This document shows positions 13,701-27,800 of a DNA stretch of 64,000 nt, piece after piece (positions within the stretch are counted from its first letter, which is position 1; each line of letters opens with the position of its first letter). The position numbers and the translations under genes are program-made. The notes under the pieces are model-generated. The model saw only the letters and a program-made list of their open reading frames with translations. It was not told the DNA's origin and made no database searches. This DNA is from Anaeramoeba ignava BMAN (lineage: Eukaryota > Protista > Anaeramoebae). The stretch spans positions 656,618 through 720,617 of the forward strand of contig JAPDFW010000044.1 in assembly GCA_028826165.1 (NCBI GenBank), given 5' to 3'.

Positions 13701-15992
13701 TTAGCTTGTGTTTTTTGGCATAATTCTTCTCAGGAATTCAATAAAATCTTGGAATTAATTATTGAACAACAACAACAACAAAGTAATAATAATAATAGTA
13801 AGGTTAATTACCATCAACCATTTGGAAATTGGAAAGGATTCGCACTTGGTTTAATTGCGTGGGAATTCCAGAAAAAAATGGAACAATCAAAGTTTGAACG
13901 AAGAACATCCAATGTGGATCAAGAATATTTACAAGAAATTACATTGTTTATGAAAGTGTTTAATATGCTTAAATCATATAGTTTTTCACAAAGTCAATTC
14001 CAGTCAAATTTCTCTGAAATTTCGTTCTTTATTGGGCTGTCTTGGACAGTCAAATCACTTGAAAAAATACATCGTATTGATGAAATTTTTGGATTATACA
14101 ATGAAATGAAAAGAAACATTTTGAAACACATTGAAAAACCAAGTGACCATTATCAAAACTTCACGCCAAAATTAATTGGATCTTTATTTTGCATTCCAGA
14201 ATTTTTGGAAAGTTGTTTGAATTTTTCTCAGATATCAACACAAGAAGCGGTTGAAATGTATGAAAAAATTTACACAATCGCAAATCAAGGAAACGAATCA
14301 CTCATTCGTATTGATCAGCAAATCACATCCATGGCTTGTATTTCTGTTGGGAAATTGGCCCACATTTTGTATGGTATTTCGAATAAAGAAGGATTCAAAA
14401 TTGAAGCAAATTCATTGACAAAAACCATATTAATGCTTACAAAATTCTCACGAAATTCAGATTCACCTCAAATTAGGGTTGGATCGTTAATTGGATTGGC
14501 AAATGTTTTTATTGATATGAAACCGTCGTTGTTTTCGCAAACAATGCAATTTTCATTTCGACTTGGAAACGAATCGCAGATTTTCCATTTTATGCAGTTT
14601 ATTGAACTATTAAAGGAACTTCTAATTACGGGAAAGGAAAAAGCAACATCAGTTAAATTGATACTATCGTTTCTTCTTGGTTTGTTTGAATTTAATAACA
14701 TCAAAAACGATCTTCTTGAAACAAAGGCTTCCAATTCTCTTTCCCACATTTCACGTTCATTAATAATGAGAAGAGCATTTGATTTTATGCAAGAAAATGA
14801 AGCAAACCAAGAAAATGAGCCAGAATTCAATCAAAATTCCATGATCAAGTGCTTTACTCAAGTGGAAAATATTCCCGCAATAAATTGGGCTCTGATTCTT
14901 GAGAATATCATGAAGAAATATCCTCAATCAAGTTGGAAAAATTTATTCAAATTTGCGCTTAAGCATGAACAACCCAGTTTTTTATTGTTCTTTTTGAAAT
15001 CAAAGCAATCATTTTCGGAATTAAATCTAAATCTGAAATTATTTCTCTTTAAAAACTTGGCACAGATTTTATCTCTTGTTCCAATTTCCCATTTTGTGGG
15101 TATTATGGAAGAAACCATCGTTTATTTTTCTCATCAAGAAGAATTAAAAGAAGCAATTATTGGTTCTATTGGAAAATTTTTGCAATCGAAAAAACTTCCA
15201 AATTATCAAGTTTTAACAGCTTTTGAAGATTTTCTTGTTGATTTTTATTCAGAAATGGAAGTTGATCAAAAAGATGAAAAATTCATCAAGTTGTTGAAAA
15301 AATTATCATTTGCAATCTCGAAACTGCCAGAGAATTCAGTGAAAAAAATTATATTTTCAATAGAAAACTTACCCAAAAAATCCAATGAGAAAATTCTGCT
15401 TCTCAAAACAAACTTAATTTATTGGGATTCTTTGCCAATTTCAAGCCTAAATGAAGTGCGAAATCATTTGATCCAAAATTCGGAACAATTTCATTTTTCA
15501 ATTTACAAAAAAATTACCATTTCAATTGCAAATTCAATAAGAAACCCAACAAATATAAAAAATCCAGCAATTCTTGAACAAATTGAGATGAGATTTTTCA
15601 ATGAATCTTTAAGTTATCTTCATTTTTGCGAAGATTTAACAGAAGGAGTTCTTTTTATCAATTGCTTGTGTTTTTCTTTTTTGCAAAGTGGAAATGTTGC
15701 GATGCGAATATTATTTCAAAATATGGAAAAAATGGATGCTATTTTAATGTTTTCGTTCTCAATATCAAGGTTTATATCATCATTTTATTTTGAGATGGAA
15801 AATATAGAAATGAAGGAAATATTAGAAAATTTTCTTTCTTGTTTAGGAAATGAAAAATTCGTTTTGGTTCATCAAGAAATATATGAATTAATTAGAGATT
15901 TATGGCTAAAATATCCAAATTTATTTTCAAATGAGAATAATATATCAAAAATAAATGAACAAATGATGAAGAAAGAAATTGATAAAATTTAA
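10712..15992 (+). CDS. Large ARM/HEAT-type protein, focadhesin/RST1-like (~1760 aa)
   Basis: Two ORFs (624+1144 aa) joined by one indel in a T-run at ~12555; segment ALGIECVQILCEKEELDFILVWSVL and C-terminal PAINWALIL resemble my recollection of focadhesin/RST1; length fits. Confidence 0.55.
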
Positions 15993-16009
15993 AGAAGAAA
16001 AAAAAGGGT

Positions 16010-18973
16010 TTATTTTGATAAATTTGGATTGATATCAAATTCACAAATAAAATCTTCAAAATTTCTAAAATATTCAGAATTTTCACAATCAATTTTTTCT
16101 TTTTCAGAAAGTTTTTCTTTTCTTCTTTGAAGGAAATCTTTGATGGTTGCAATTTGATTAATTGATAATTGAAGAAGAAAATTATGAAGAAATTGGAAAA
16201 AATGAAGTTGATAAGGAAAGTTTGTAAAAGCAAAAGAAATTGTATTACAAATCAAAGAAGAATTTTCTTGAGGGTTGTTTTTAACAAAAGAAAAGGAAGA
16301 TAATTCTTTTGATAAATCATTCATTTCTTTGATTTTTTCTTCTTGATTTGTTTTCTTCTTCTTCTTCTTCTCAATTTCTTTGAATTTGGATTTTAAAGTA
16401 TCTTGAATAATTACTCTTCCTAATGAATTTATATTTTGTTGTTCGCATATTTTTTCAAATACTGTTTTGATTATTTTTTTGATATTTTCCGATTTAATTG
16501 TGATATTTTGAAGAATTTTTGGGAATTTTGTTGTTGAAATTGAACCGGAAATTATTGAAAGAGATGAATATTTTAAAAGAGAATAAATTGTTTTGATTGA
16601 ATTTTTCTCGTTTTCCATCATTTTTTCAAAATGCTTCATAAATTCATTTTGAATCTCATCATTTGCAAGAATTTCAAGTTGATTTAAATTGGAATTTTCC
16701 AAAAAATTATGATTGAATAGTATGAATAATCTTCCTAAAATCCGAAATAATTTATGTTTCATTTCTAAATCTTTTGTTGAAATGAATTGATCTTGAATTA
16801 AATCATAAAACTCTTCTTTGTATTTGATTAATATTTGAATATCAATTAAATCTTGTTTTTCATTTGGATTTGTATTTTCCTCTTTTTTCTTGTTTAATCC
16901 AGTAAAAATCCACATTAAACAATAAAACATGCATTGATATAATAAAACGGAAATATCATAATTCAATTCAATCAAATTATCGTTTGAATTTTGGATGAAA
17001 TGCAATAAGATTTGAAAAACTTCATCGTAAATTATAGGAAAATTTGTCGTTTTGGAAACAATTTTAAATCTTTTCAAGTTAATTTGCAAAACTAATAAAT
17101 TTGGTTCATCAATTCGATCTTGTTTTTTTTGTATTTCTTCCACGGAATCTTTGATATTGGAAACAATTTTTTCAATAATCTGAACAAGAAAAATTTCTGC
17201 ATTTTCTGATAAAAAATGTTCTTTATTCTCAGCAATTTCTGTGAATATTTTGATGATATTTTGCGGAATGGAGAAATGTTCTTCATGATGAATAAAGAAA
17301 ATATCCTTAAATTTTTCAAGAATTAACCTCAATGTATCAAGTTGTTTCTTATGCAAATGATATTTGTATTTAAAAAGAAATCCAATAAATTTTAAAATTA
17401 TTGAAATGATATCAGGATCTGATTGAAATTTGACAAGTAAATGATAAAATTGAGAGCTTTCTTGAAGAACATTCTTTTGTATTTTGCGGTTGTTTTTGCC
17501 TGTAATTAATGGATCTTGAATGGAAAAATTATCGTTTTGTAAACATTTTGATTCTCCAAAATAAATGCAGAATGAAAAATACAACATTTCTGAAAGGACT
17601 TGAATTTGAGTTTTTTCCTCAACATTTAAATCGGTGATTGTTTGTAAAATTAATTTCCAATTTTGTAAGCATTTTGAATGAGTCCAAAGAGAATCAATAA
17701 GAAAAAGGAAATGATTATTTTTTTCAAATTTGCTTAGAATTGATTTAGAAATAATTTTTAATTCAATTCTCTCTTCGTTTTCTTCAGTGTTTTTGCTGTT
17801 CTTCTTTTTTGGGTTAATAACCACGTTTTGAATGAGTTTTCCCATTTCCTTTCGGATTTTCCAATTAGGAATAAATAAAGATGAGTAAATTGTATTTTTC
17901 TCAAATTTTGAAATCTCAAAATGCAAAAATAAAGGGATTAGTAAATTAATTGAAGCGATTGAAACATCTATCGATCTGTCGTTGATCATTTCAATAAAAC
18001 GAGAACGAAATCTTTTTGTAAAAGTATCGAGTTTTGGAACAAAATTATCGGAAGAATAAAGTTTGCTTAAATTGTGGATGCTTTTGAGTCTAACATCTTT
18101 GCATTTATCATTCAGCATCCAACCAAAATACTTTAAATATTCATTTTGGAAAAATTGTTCAGGATTAATTTCAATCCATTTATAAAGAAAATCCAAACAC
18201 AGACATCGAATTAACGGTTCAGAATCTCGATATCTAAATTGGAAAATAAGTTCAATTAGTTGCGATAAATTTGATTTTATTTGTTCAGTATCTTTGTTTG
18301 AATCGTTTCTGCTTTTTTTTGTCACTTTAATTCGTTTTCTTTCGTAATTTGATAGTGACACTGTTTTTTCTTTTATATCACTTTTCCTTATTAGCATTTT
18401 GTTAAGTTTTGTGATAATTTCTAAACCAGCAATTGTAGAAACAAATCTTAATGGTTTTATCAATGAATTTGATAAAAAAACAATCCAAAATGATATTTTT
18501 TCAAATGAATTTTTGTTTATAAAAATTATTGGTGTAATTTTTCTCCAAAATTGACCAAATTTAATAACAATTTTGTTTTTGTTTTTTTCATAAAAATTGA
18601 AGATTGATGGTTTTGTGTATTTTTTGGGAATTGTTTGTTGAATTTCTTGTAAAATTTGATTTTGGTTTTGATTATTAATTTGCAAGTTTTGAATTTGAAA
18701 AGGAATTTCTATTGACTTTTTGTTTTTGTTTTAAATTTAAAAAAAATGAAAAAAAATGAAAAAAATTTTTTTGGATTTTTTTTTTACTTCAAAAAATAAA
18801 TTGATTAAATTGATTATTGATTTTTCTTCATTTTTTTGATTAATTTCATTCCAATTTTCAATAATTTTTTTTGTTTTCAATTTTTCTTCTAATAATTTTT
18901 GAAATAAACTCTTTTCATTTAAATTGAGAAAATTTGAAGAAAGATGAGAATTTTTTTTTCTTTTTGAATTCAT
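16010..18973 (-). CDS. STAG: Cohesin subunit Scc3/STAG (divergent)
   Basis: Stromalin conserved domain RYRDSEPLIRCLCL..WI..NPEQFFQNEYLKYFGWMLNDK...VRL, and FTKRFRSRFIEMINDR; probable exon 1 18973-18788 spliced in frame to 18715. Confidence 0.85.
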
Positions 18974-19379
18974 TTTTTTTTTCAAAAAAAAAGTGAAAAG
19001 AAAAAACAAAAAGAAAATTTGTTTTTAAAGAGAAAAATCAAAAAAAAAACATGACATTGATTATTTTTATTTGAAAAGAAAATTAAAGTCAAAATAAAAT
19101 TTAAACAAAAGTCGAAAAAAAAAAAAGTGGAAAGAAAAAAAGTTGAAAAGAAAACAAAAGTGGAATGATTTTATTTTGATTTAAAATTGATTTAAAATTA
19201 ATTGGAATATTCTTTTTTTTATAAAGGAACTTTTATAAAATTTTTATCCCCTAAAAAGAAAAAGAAAAAAAAATTTTTAAAAAATCATTTTTCTTTTTCA
19301 TTTTTTTTTCTATTTTTCTCTTTTTTTTTTTCTTTTATTTTTTATATTTTTTTTTTATAATTTCTTTTTGATTTTTAAA

Positions 19380-20408
19380 ATGAGATTTAAAGTTGTTTGT
19401 GTTGGTGATGGTTCAGTTGGCAAAACTTGCATGTTAATGACTTATCTTAAAAATGAGTAAATAATTTATTTTTTCAATTAAAAAAAAAATTTAAAATTAA
19501 AATTAAAATTAATAAACATTTTTTCTTGATTTAATTTTTAACAGATTTCCTGTTAATTATATCCCAACAATTGTGGAGAATTTTACAACAGATATTGAAG
19601 TAAATTCAGTTACATATACTTTATCTATTTGGGATACAGCAGGTTTTTATTATAAATATGAAAAAAATTTTTTTCTCTTTTTTCTTTTTTTGTTTTTAAT
19701 TTTTATAAATTTTTTTTTTTTTGCATTTCTTTTTTTTTCAATAATTTAGGACAAGAAGAACTTGATAAAATTCGAGATTGTACTTATCCTGGAACAGATG
19801 TTGTTTTACTTTGTTATTCTATTATTAATATAACGTCTTTTAAGAATATAACAGAAAAAGTTAATTTAAAATTACAATTTAAAATTTATAATTTAAAATT
19901 AAAAAATTTTTTTTCAAATTGATTTATAATAAAGTGGGTTCCAGAAATTAGAGGTAAATTACCTCAAGTTCCTATTATAATTGTTGGATTAAAAACTGAT
20001 TTGAGAAATGATTTACAAACTTTAGAAAATCTTAGACAATTAAATCAAGAGCCAATTACAGCTCTTCAAGTAATAAAATCAATTTATTTTAATTTATTTT
20101 ATTTTAAAAATTTAACTGAAAAATTTTCCAAATTGATTTGATCAATAAAAAAAAAATAATAAGATCTAAATTAAATTAAAAAAGAAAAAAAATAATTATT
20201 AAAAAAATATTCTTATTTCCTATTTTTTTATTTTATTTTATTTTTTTATTATTTTTAGGGTGATCAAATAGCAAAAGAAACTAAATCTTATTGTTATGTT
20301 GAATGTTCAGCAAAAAAAAGAGAGAATCTTTCAGAAATTTTCGAACAAGCAGTTAATAGTGTTAAAGCTCAAAAAAATTCAAAGAAAAAAAAATGCTTAA
20401 TTCTTTAA
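19380..20408 (+). CDS. Rho/Rac-family small GTPase, 5 exons (absent from ORF track)
   Basis: Spliced: MRFKVVCVGDGSVGKTCML..FPVNYIPTIVENF..WDTAGQEELDKIR..YPGTDV..KWVPEI..VGLKTDLR..YVECSAK..KKKKCLIL*; Rho insert helix and CaaX box present; four GT-AG introns. Confidence 0.92.
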
Positions 20409-20666
20409 AAATATTCAAAAAAAAAAAAAAAAAATTAATTGTTTCAAATTTTAATATCCAATTTTTTTTTTTTTAAAAAATAATGATTGGAGAAAATATT
20501 GAAAGAAATAGAATTATTTGTGTCTTTCTCTTCTTTTTTTTTGTTTTCGAAAAACCAAAAATAATAATAAAAAAAAATGGTTGTTAAAAAAGAAATTTAA
20601 TTTTTTTTTTTTGGAATTTTTCATTTTTTTCTTTTTTTAAAAAAATAATTAATAAAAAATAGAAAA

Positions 20667-21251
20667 ATGTCAGTTTCTGTTTTTTGGGATAAAATCACTT
20701 GTCCATTTAAAAGGAAGTTAAATTTTTTGGATCAAATATTTTTAATTGAAAAATTAGCAATTCATTTTGGTTTTTTAAAAAGGATTTATTTACTTCATTT
20801 TGGATTACCATTTTTTAATTTTGAAAAATATTCAGAAACAAATGTTAAAATTATTACAAAAGAAGAAGATTTTATTTATGAAGTTTTTACACAAGTTCTA
20901 AATGCTAAAAAAATAGATGAAGTTGCAAAAAAAGCTTGTGCTTCAAAATCCATTTTCATATTTATTTCTACTGATGAAAAAATTTTATTTCCTATTTTAT
21001 CTCATTTATCTTCTTTATCTTATAGAATAATTCTTTTTACGAGATCAAAATTTATTTCAAAGCAATTAAAAGAACTTGTTTCACCTTCTGATATTTTTGA
21101 ATGGAAAAAATTATTGAGAACAAATTTTTATCAACGAAATGATTCAAGAATTTTAATTTTTAATCAAAATCAATTAGAAAATGAAAATGAAAATGAAAAT
21201 GAAAATGATAATGATAATGATAATGAAAATGAAAATGAAAATGAAAATTAA
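20667..21251 (+). CDS. Degenerate NYN-domain (limkain/MARF1-type) protein with EN/DN tail
   Basis: N-terminal VFWDKITCP (cf. VFWDxENCP) and IFISTDE..FPILSHL....YRIILF....S..L......FEW match the NYN layout; acidic residues partly lost. Confidence 0.55.
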   Translation: MSVSVFWDKITCPFKRKLNFLDQIFLIEKLAIHFGFLKRIYLLHFGLPFFNFEKYSETNVKIITKEEDFIYEVFTQVLNAKKIDEVAKKACASKSIFIFISTDEKILFPILSHLSSLSYRIILFTRSKFISKQLKELVSPSDIFEWKKLLRTNFYQRNDSRILIFNQNQLENENENENENDNDNDNENENENEN

Positions 21252-21379
21252 AATTAAAATTAAAATTCTTTTACGGATTAAAAAAAGTTTTTATTTATGG
21301 TTTTGATGTTTTTGTTTTTGATTAAAAAAAAAAAGATAAAAAGAGGAATTTAGTAAGAAAATTGAACTGTTGTAAAATT

Positions 21380-21694
21380 TTAAGAAGAAATGAAAAATTG
21401 GAGAACAAGAAGAAAGAGATTAAATTCCTTTAAATTTAAATTAAAAATAAAATAAAAAATAAAATTAAAAATAAAAAATTTATATATAAAATTTATATAA
21501 AATTTACGATAGTTCAATAATTTTTCTATTAAATCAACATGAGTTAAAATCATTCTTCTACAACAATAACGAGTAAGTTTAAGTTCATCAAGAGCAGTCC
21601 TTTCAGAATATCCAGAACGAAGATAAGAAAGATAAGTTTCCCATTTATTACCAATAACTTTATTACAAGTCCAACAACGAATTGGAATAATCAT
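21380..21694 (-). CDS. RPB10: RNA polymerase I/II/III common subunit RPABC5
   Basis: [18 protein letters not shown]...[21 protein letters not shown]; likely intron donor at 21507, short last exon uncertain. Confidence 0.95.
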   Translation of the reverse strand: MIIPIRCWTCNKVIGNKWETYLSYLRSGYSERTALDELKLTRYCCRRMILTHVDLIEKLLNYRKFYINFIYKFFIFNFIFYFIFNLNLKEFNLFLLVLQFFISS

Positions 21695-21822
21695 TATTTA
21701 AAATTTAAAAGGAAAAAAATGAAAAAAATGAAAAATTAAAAAATTAAAAAATTAAAATTTAAAAAAGAAATTTTTTTTTCATTTTTTTCATTTTTTTCAT
21801 TTTTTTCCTTTTAAAAAAAAAA

Positions 21823-24800
21823 ATGATTCCAAAAGATTTAAATAACGAAAATAATTTAAATAACGATAAAGAAGAAAATAAAGAAGAAAATAAAGAAGAA
21901 AATAAAAATAAAAATAAAAAAGAAAATAAATTACAACTTTTCATTGAAAATGATTCAAATGATTTTTCAGATTTAGAACCTTTAACAATAGAAAATAAGT
22001 TTGAAATTAAAAATAAACCAATGAATGAAAGATCAAAATCTGTAATTTTTAATACTAAAACTCCTATTATTGGAGTTGTTGCAAATCAAACTCAAAAAGA
22101 AGTTGGTTGGGAAGATGATTTTGTATTTGAAACTGATACAGAAAGTGAAAAAGATTATTCTCATACAAATAATCCTATTTTAACTAGATCAAAATGTCTG
22201 TTTTATCAATATAGCATTATTTATAAAAATATAAATAAAATTATAAATTAAATTATATATAAAATATTTATAAAATTATAAATAAAATTATATATAAAAT
22301 TATATATAAAATTATAAATAAAAATATAAATTAAATTATAAATAAAATTATAAATAAAATTATAAATAAAATTATAAATTAAATTAAAAATTAAATTATA
22401 AATAAAATTATAAATTAAATTATAAATTAAATTATAAATTAAATTATAAATAAAATTATAAATAAAATTATAAATTAAATTATAAATTAAATTAAAAATT
22501 ATAAATTAAAAATAAAATAAAAATAAAAAAAATAAAATTATAAATTAAATTATATAAAAAAAAAATATAAATAAAAATTATAAATAAAAATTATAAACAA
22601 AAATAATAAATAAAATTATAAAATAAAATTATAAATAAAATTATAAATAAAATTATAAATAAAATTATAAAATAAAATTATAAATAAAATTATAAATAAA
22701 ATTATAAAATAAAATTTATAAATAAAAATTATTTATATAAAAAATATATATATAAAAATATAAATTAAATTATAAATAAAAATTATAAAAATTAAAATAA
22801 AATAAAATTATAAATAAAATTATAAATAAAATTATAAAAATAAAATTATAAATAAAATTATATAAATAAAAAATATAAATAAAAATATAAAATAAATATA
22901 AAAAAAATTATATAAATTAAAATTATAAAATTAAAATTATAAAATAAAATTATAAATAAAAATTATAAAATTAAAAATTATAAATAAAATTATAAATTAA
23001 AAATTATAAAATAAAAAATATAAATTAAATAAAATAAAAAAAAAATAAAATTGATATAAATATGGAATTATAAAAAAATTATATATAAAATTATAAATTA
23101 AATTAAATATAAAATTATATATAAAATATAAATAAAATTATAAATAAAATTAAAAAAAAAAATAAAAATTATAAAATAAAATAAATAAAATAAAATTATA
23201 AAAATAAATTATATATATAAAATAAAAATAAAATTATAAAATAAAATTATAAATTAAATTATAAATTAAATTATATATTAAATATATAAATTAAAAATAT
23301 AAATAAAATTATAAATAAAATTATAAATAAAAATTAAATAAATAAAAATTATAAATAAAAATTATAAATTAAATTATAAATTAAATTATAAATTAAATTA
23401 TAAATTAAATTATAAATTGAATTATAAATAAAAATATAAATAAATAAAAAATTATAAATAAAAAATAAAATAAAATTAAAATAAAATTATAAATAAAATT
23501 ATAAATAAAATTATAAATAAAATTATAAATAAAAATTATAAAATAAAAATATAAAATAAAAATATAAATTAAAATTATAAATTAAATTATAAATAAATAT
23601 AAATTAAATTATAAATAAAATATAAAATAAAATTAAAAATAAAAATATAAATTATAAATTAAAAAATTATAAATAAAATTATAAAATAAAATTATAAAAA
23701 TAAAATTATAAATAAAATTATATATAATAAATTATAAATAAAAATATATTAAAATAAAAATAAAAATAAAAAAATAAAATTATATATAAAATTATAAATA
23801 AAATTATAAATAAAATTATAAATAAAATTATAAATAAAATTATAAATAAAATTATAAATAAAATTATAAATAAAATTATAAATAAAATTATAAATTAAAT
23901 TATAAATATAAATTATAAATAAAATTATAAATAAAATTATAAATAAAATTATATATTAAATTATAAATAAAATTATAAATAAAATTATAAATAAAATTAA
24001 ATATAAAATTATTTATAAAATTATAAATAAAATTATAAATAAAATTAAATATAAAATAGCTCGTGGATTTAGTATGCAAAGAATAAAATTCATTCAAACT
24101 CAAAATACTTCCTCAAAATTTAAAATATTATCAAATTTATTGGAAATTTTACCTCGTAATTTTTTCAAATTTCTTTAAAAAAAAAAAAGAATTATTCATT
24201 TGATTTAAATTTAAATTAAAATTTGATTTGATTAGAACCTTCAAAAATAAACAAAGAACTATCAAATACAATTCAAAAAAGAAAAGATTCAGAATTTACA
24301 CATATTCATGTGAATTTTTTTTCCTTTTGAAAACAAAAAAAAAAGTCAAACAATTTTCTTTACTTTATTTTTTAATATATAAAAAAACAATTAAAAGGAA
24401 TCAATAAAACAAGCCAAAGAACAATTTAAACAAGGAATTAAACATCATGAAAACAATGAATTAGAAGAAGCAAAAGAATCATTTTCCAAATCAATTCGTT
24501 CTTTAACATTTTTTCGACAAAAATTACAAAAACATTTACAAAATTCAAAACAAATACAATCCAAAAAAAATGCCAATAGAATCAAAGCAATTTGCGATAA
24601 ATTAGAAATTAAAAACCGGATCAATTATTCAAAAACACTTCGAAAACAACAAAAACTTCAAGAAGCTTTAATTTCTCTTGAAAAAACACTTGAACTGGCA
24701 AAAATGAATAGTGATTTAAAAATTGAAAGTCGAGTTCAACTTGAATTAGGGATCATATTAAAAAAGCTGGGAAAACATGAACCAGCACTTGAAAAACTAG

Positions 24801-27800
24801 AAAACTCAATTAAAGACCGTTCCAAATCACGATATACAAAAGCAAAGCAAATTAAAAACAGACAAATTTTCTCTTCAGTTAATATTTTGCAAGAGAAAGA
24901 AATTGATCTCAAAAGACAAAGTGTCCGTTTAGATAATGCAGAGTTTTCTTCTCTTTTTGGAAAGAACGACTTCCTTTTCTTTTCAAAATCTTGTTATCAT
25001 ATTGGAGATAGTTATTTTTCAACTGCACAAAATTCGGAACAACAACTTCTTGCCAAAAATTTTTTAGAATTTAGTCTCAAATATTCAATTTCTTTTGGCG
25101 AAACAAAGAAACAGAAAAAAACTCAAGAATTAATATCCAAAATTGAATCTCAATTAGATGAGGTTTGAGATCAAAAAAGAAAAAAAAAATATATAAATAA
25201 TTCAATTCAAATCAAATCAAAAAAAAAAAACAACAATTAAAATTTTAGAAAAAACAACATAAAGAAGATGATTCAGAAATGGAATCATTTTCTGATTGGG
25301 ATAAAGATATTCAAGATACGGATGAAAATACTCCCAAAAATAGATTGGGTGAATTATTAAAACAAATGGTAAAAACAAACAAGAAAAAATAATCAAGAAA
25401 TTATTTTTTCTAATTAGGGATTTTTTTTTTAAAAAAAAAAATTTTCAAGCTTGAAGATGAAGATAATCGGAAACAATTTCCTGAAAAATGGAAAATTCAA
25501 GATCAAATACAAACTTTTATTCATTTAATTAAATATCCTCTTCCTCCAACTACTTTTACTTCATCAGGAAAAGAAGGACAGCATTTTTTCACAAATATGA
25601 CTTTTGAAGCTTGGATTTCTAATTTGGTTGTAAAACATTATCGCAACTTCATGGATTCTTTAGATCAATTTTGTGAGAAATCATTTGTTGATTCATTATT
25701 TGCTTCCAAAATTGTAAAAATGCAATTAACACTAAAAATTGAAAATCGATTTGAATTATTCATTTATTTTTTTTTATTTATTTATTGATTTAGATTGATT
25801 GCCAAATGGCACATAATTTTTTCGATTCAATTCAAGCATTTCTTAACAAATCAAATCAGGTCAAAACAGTTTCTTTAATTAGCCAATTTTTGCATAAATT
25901 AGATCATGTTTTATATCAAAACGAGGAAGAAAAAGAAATGATATTTCAAGTTGCAATTGATATTTTAAAAATATCTGGGGATTTTCTTAATGAAATCAGT
26001 TTTATCCATTTGCTAAATCAAGTTCAGAAAACATTTAATAAAATTGATCCTCTTTATTTTAAATTGATCCAAAACGAGTATAATTCCCATAAGGATGATC
26101 TTGAAAATGATCATCAGCAAGTATTAATCATTTCCGAATTTATCCGAATTTATAAAGAATCTAAAAAAAATTATAAATCTGAAGAAGATGAAAGCAAAAA
26201 ATCATTTTGTATGAATTTTATAATTGCAAATTAATATCAATTTTCTTTATTCCTTCATTTCTTCTTTTTTTTTTTTCTCAATTTTGTTCATTTTCTTGTT
26301 TAGCTTTATTTCTTTATGGAAATGCCTTGCTTGATTTACAACTTCATATAATTTATATTTCCCCGCTTAGTCTACAAAACAGATTTTCGAATGTTACACT
26401 CATTTCAAATGAATTTGATTGGGGAAAGTTATTGAGTCAATTGACTCACAAGATTGCAAACAATGAACAATATAGGATTGAAAAATTAATAAGTATTTAT
26501 AACAATTTAAACCAAGAAGTTTTTAGTCAAGGAATATTGAAGGCGAAAATTGGATATGTGATTGGAATATATTATTTATATTCACAAAATTTTGGATTAG
26601 CAGAAAGAATTTTGTTTGAAAGTTTATTAACACTTGATCATTTAACACCAAAAACAGAAAAAAATGAAAATGAGGAAAATAACGAAAATAAAAATAATGA
26701 AAATAAAAATCCGCAAGAACTAATTTCGCCAAGAAAACCTGAAACTAGAATCCCTTTAATTTCAACAATTGGATCAAATTTAATGATGAGCTTTGCAGAT
26801 TCTTTGCTTGCAAATTACAAATACAAATATGCGTTTATATGTCTTCAAAACGCACTTAGAATATTGAAAGTTATCAACATCAAAGAATACAAACAATTAG
26901 TCAGCAAAATGGCAATCATTTGCTATGAAAATTTTGATCTGAAAAATGCATTGAAATATTATTATCAAGTAATGGAACAAATGAAGCAAGAAAAAAAAGT
27001 GAATGAAGTAATTTTCGTTTGTGAAGTGATGAATTCAATATTGCTTTCGCTTGGGCAATTTAAGGAAGCAAAAAGAATCATTCACGAAGTCTCAAGATAT
27101 GTTCATCCAACAACAAACACAAGCGATGTGAGACAAAAATTGAGCATTCAGTATGTCAGCCTGCAAATTTCTCTTGCAAAATTATATTTGCAAAGCTTGG
27201 AAACAGAAAAGGCAATATCATTGTTGAATCTTTTATTGAATATTGCATTGCCTCGAGGAACAAAGGCAAATATATATATGCTGTTGGCGCAAGCATATCT
27301 CAAGAAAAGATGGTTTATTGAAGCCAAAAAATCTCTTGATCAATACGAAGAGGAAGAAAATATCAAAATTGAAACTGGACAAGGAAACTATTCTTTTTCT
27401 CAACTAAAATCACAACTTCCATCAGTTTCCAATCCGAAAAGAACCACACAAAGCCAAAGAACATTTTCGACAAATTTTGTGAAGCCAACAATTCTTAAAA
27501 AAAATTTTACAGAAGATGATAATGAAAATGAAAATGAAAATTCAAATTCAAATTCAAATCAAAATCAATTCTCAAATAGTAAAATTAAAAAGATGAATAA
27601 GGATCATTATGTTCTCACTAGTCAATCAATTAATCAGCAAAAAATTCAAGATGAAAAGGAAAAAAATCAGCAAAATGTAAATCAATCTGATATACAATCT
27701 TTATTTGGAGATCCAAATGAAAAAGTAGAACTTAAAAAACGACCCAAATCTGCACCACTTAGTAGCAACACTCATACACATAGCCATATCAACAGCCAAA

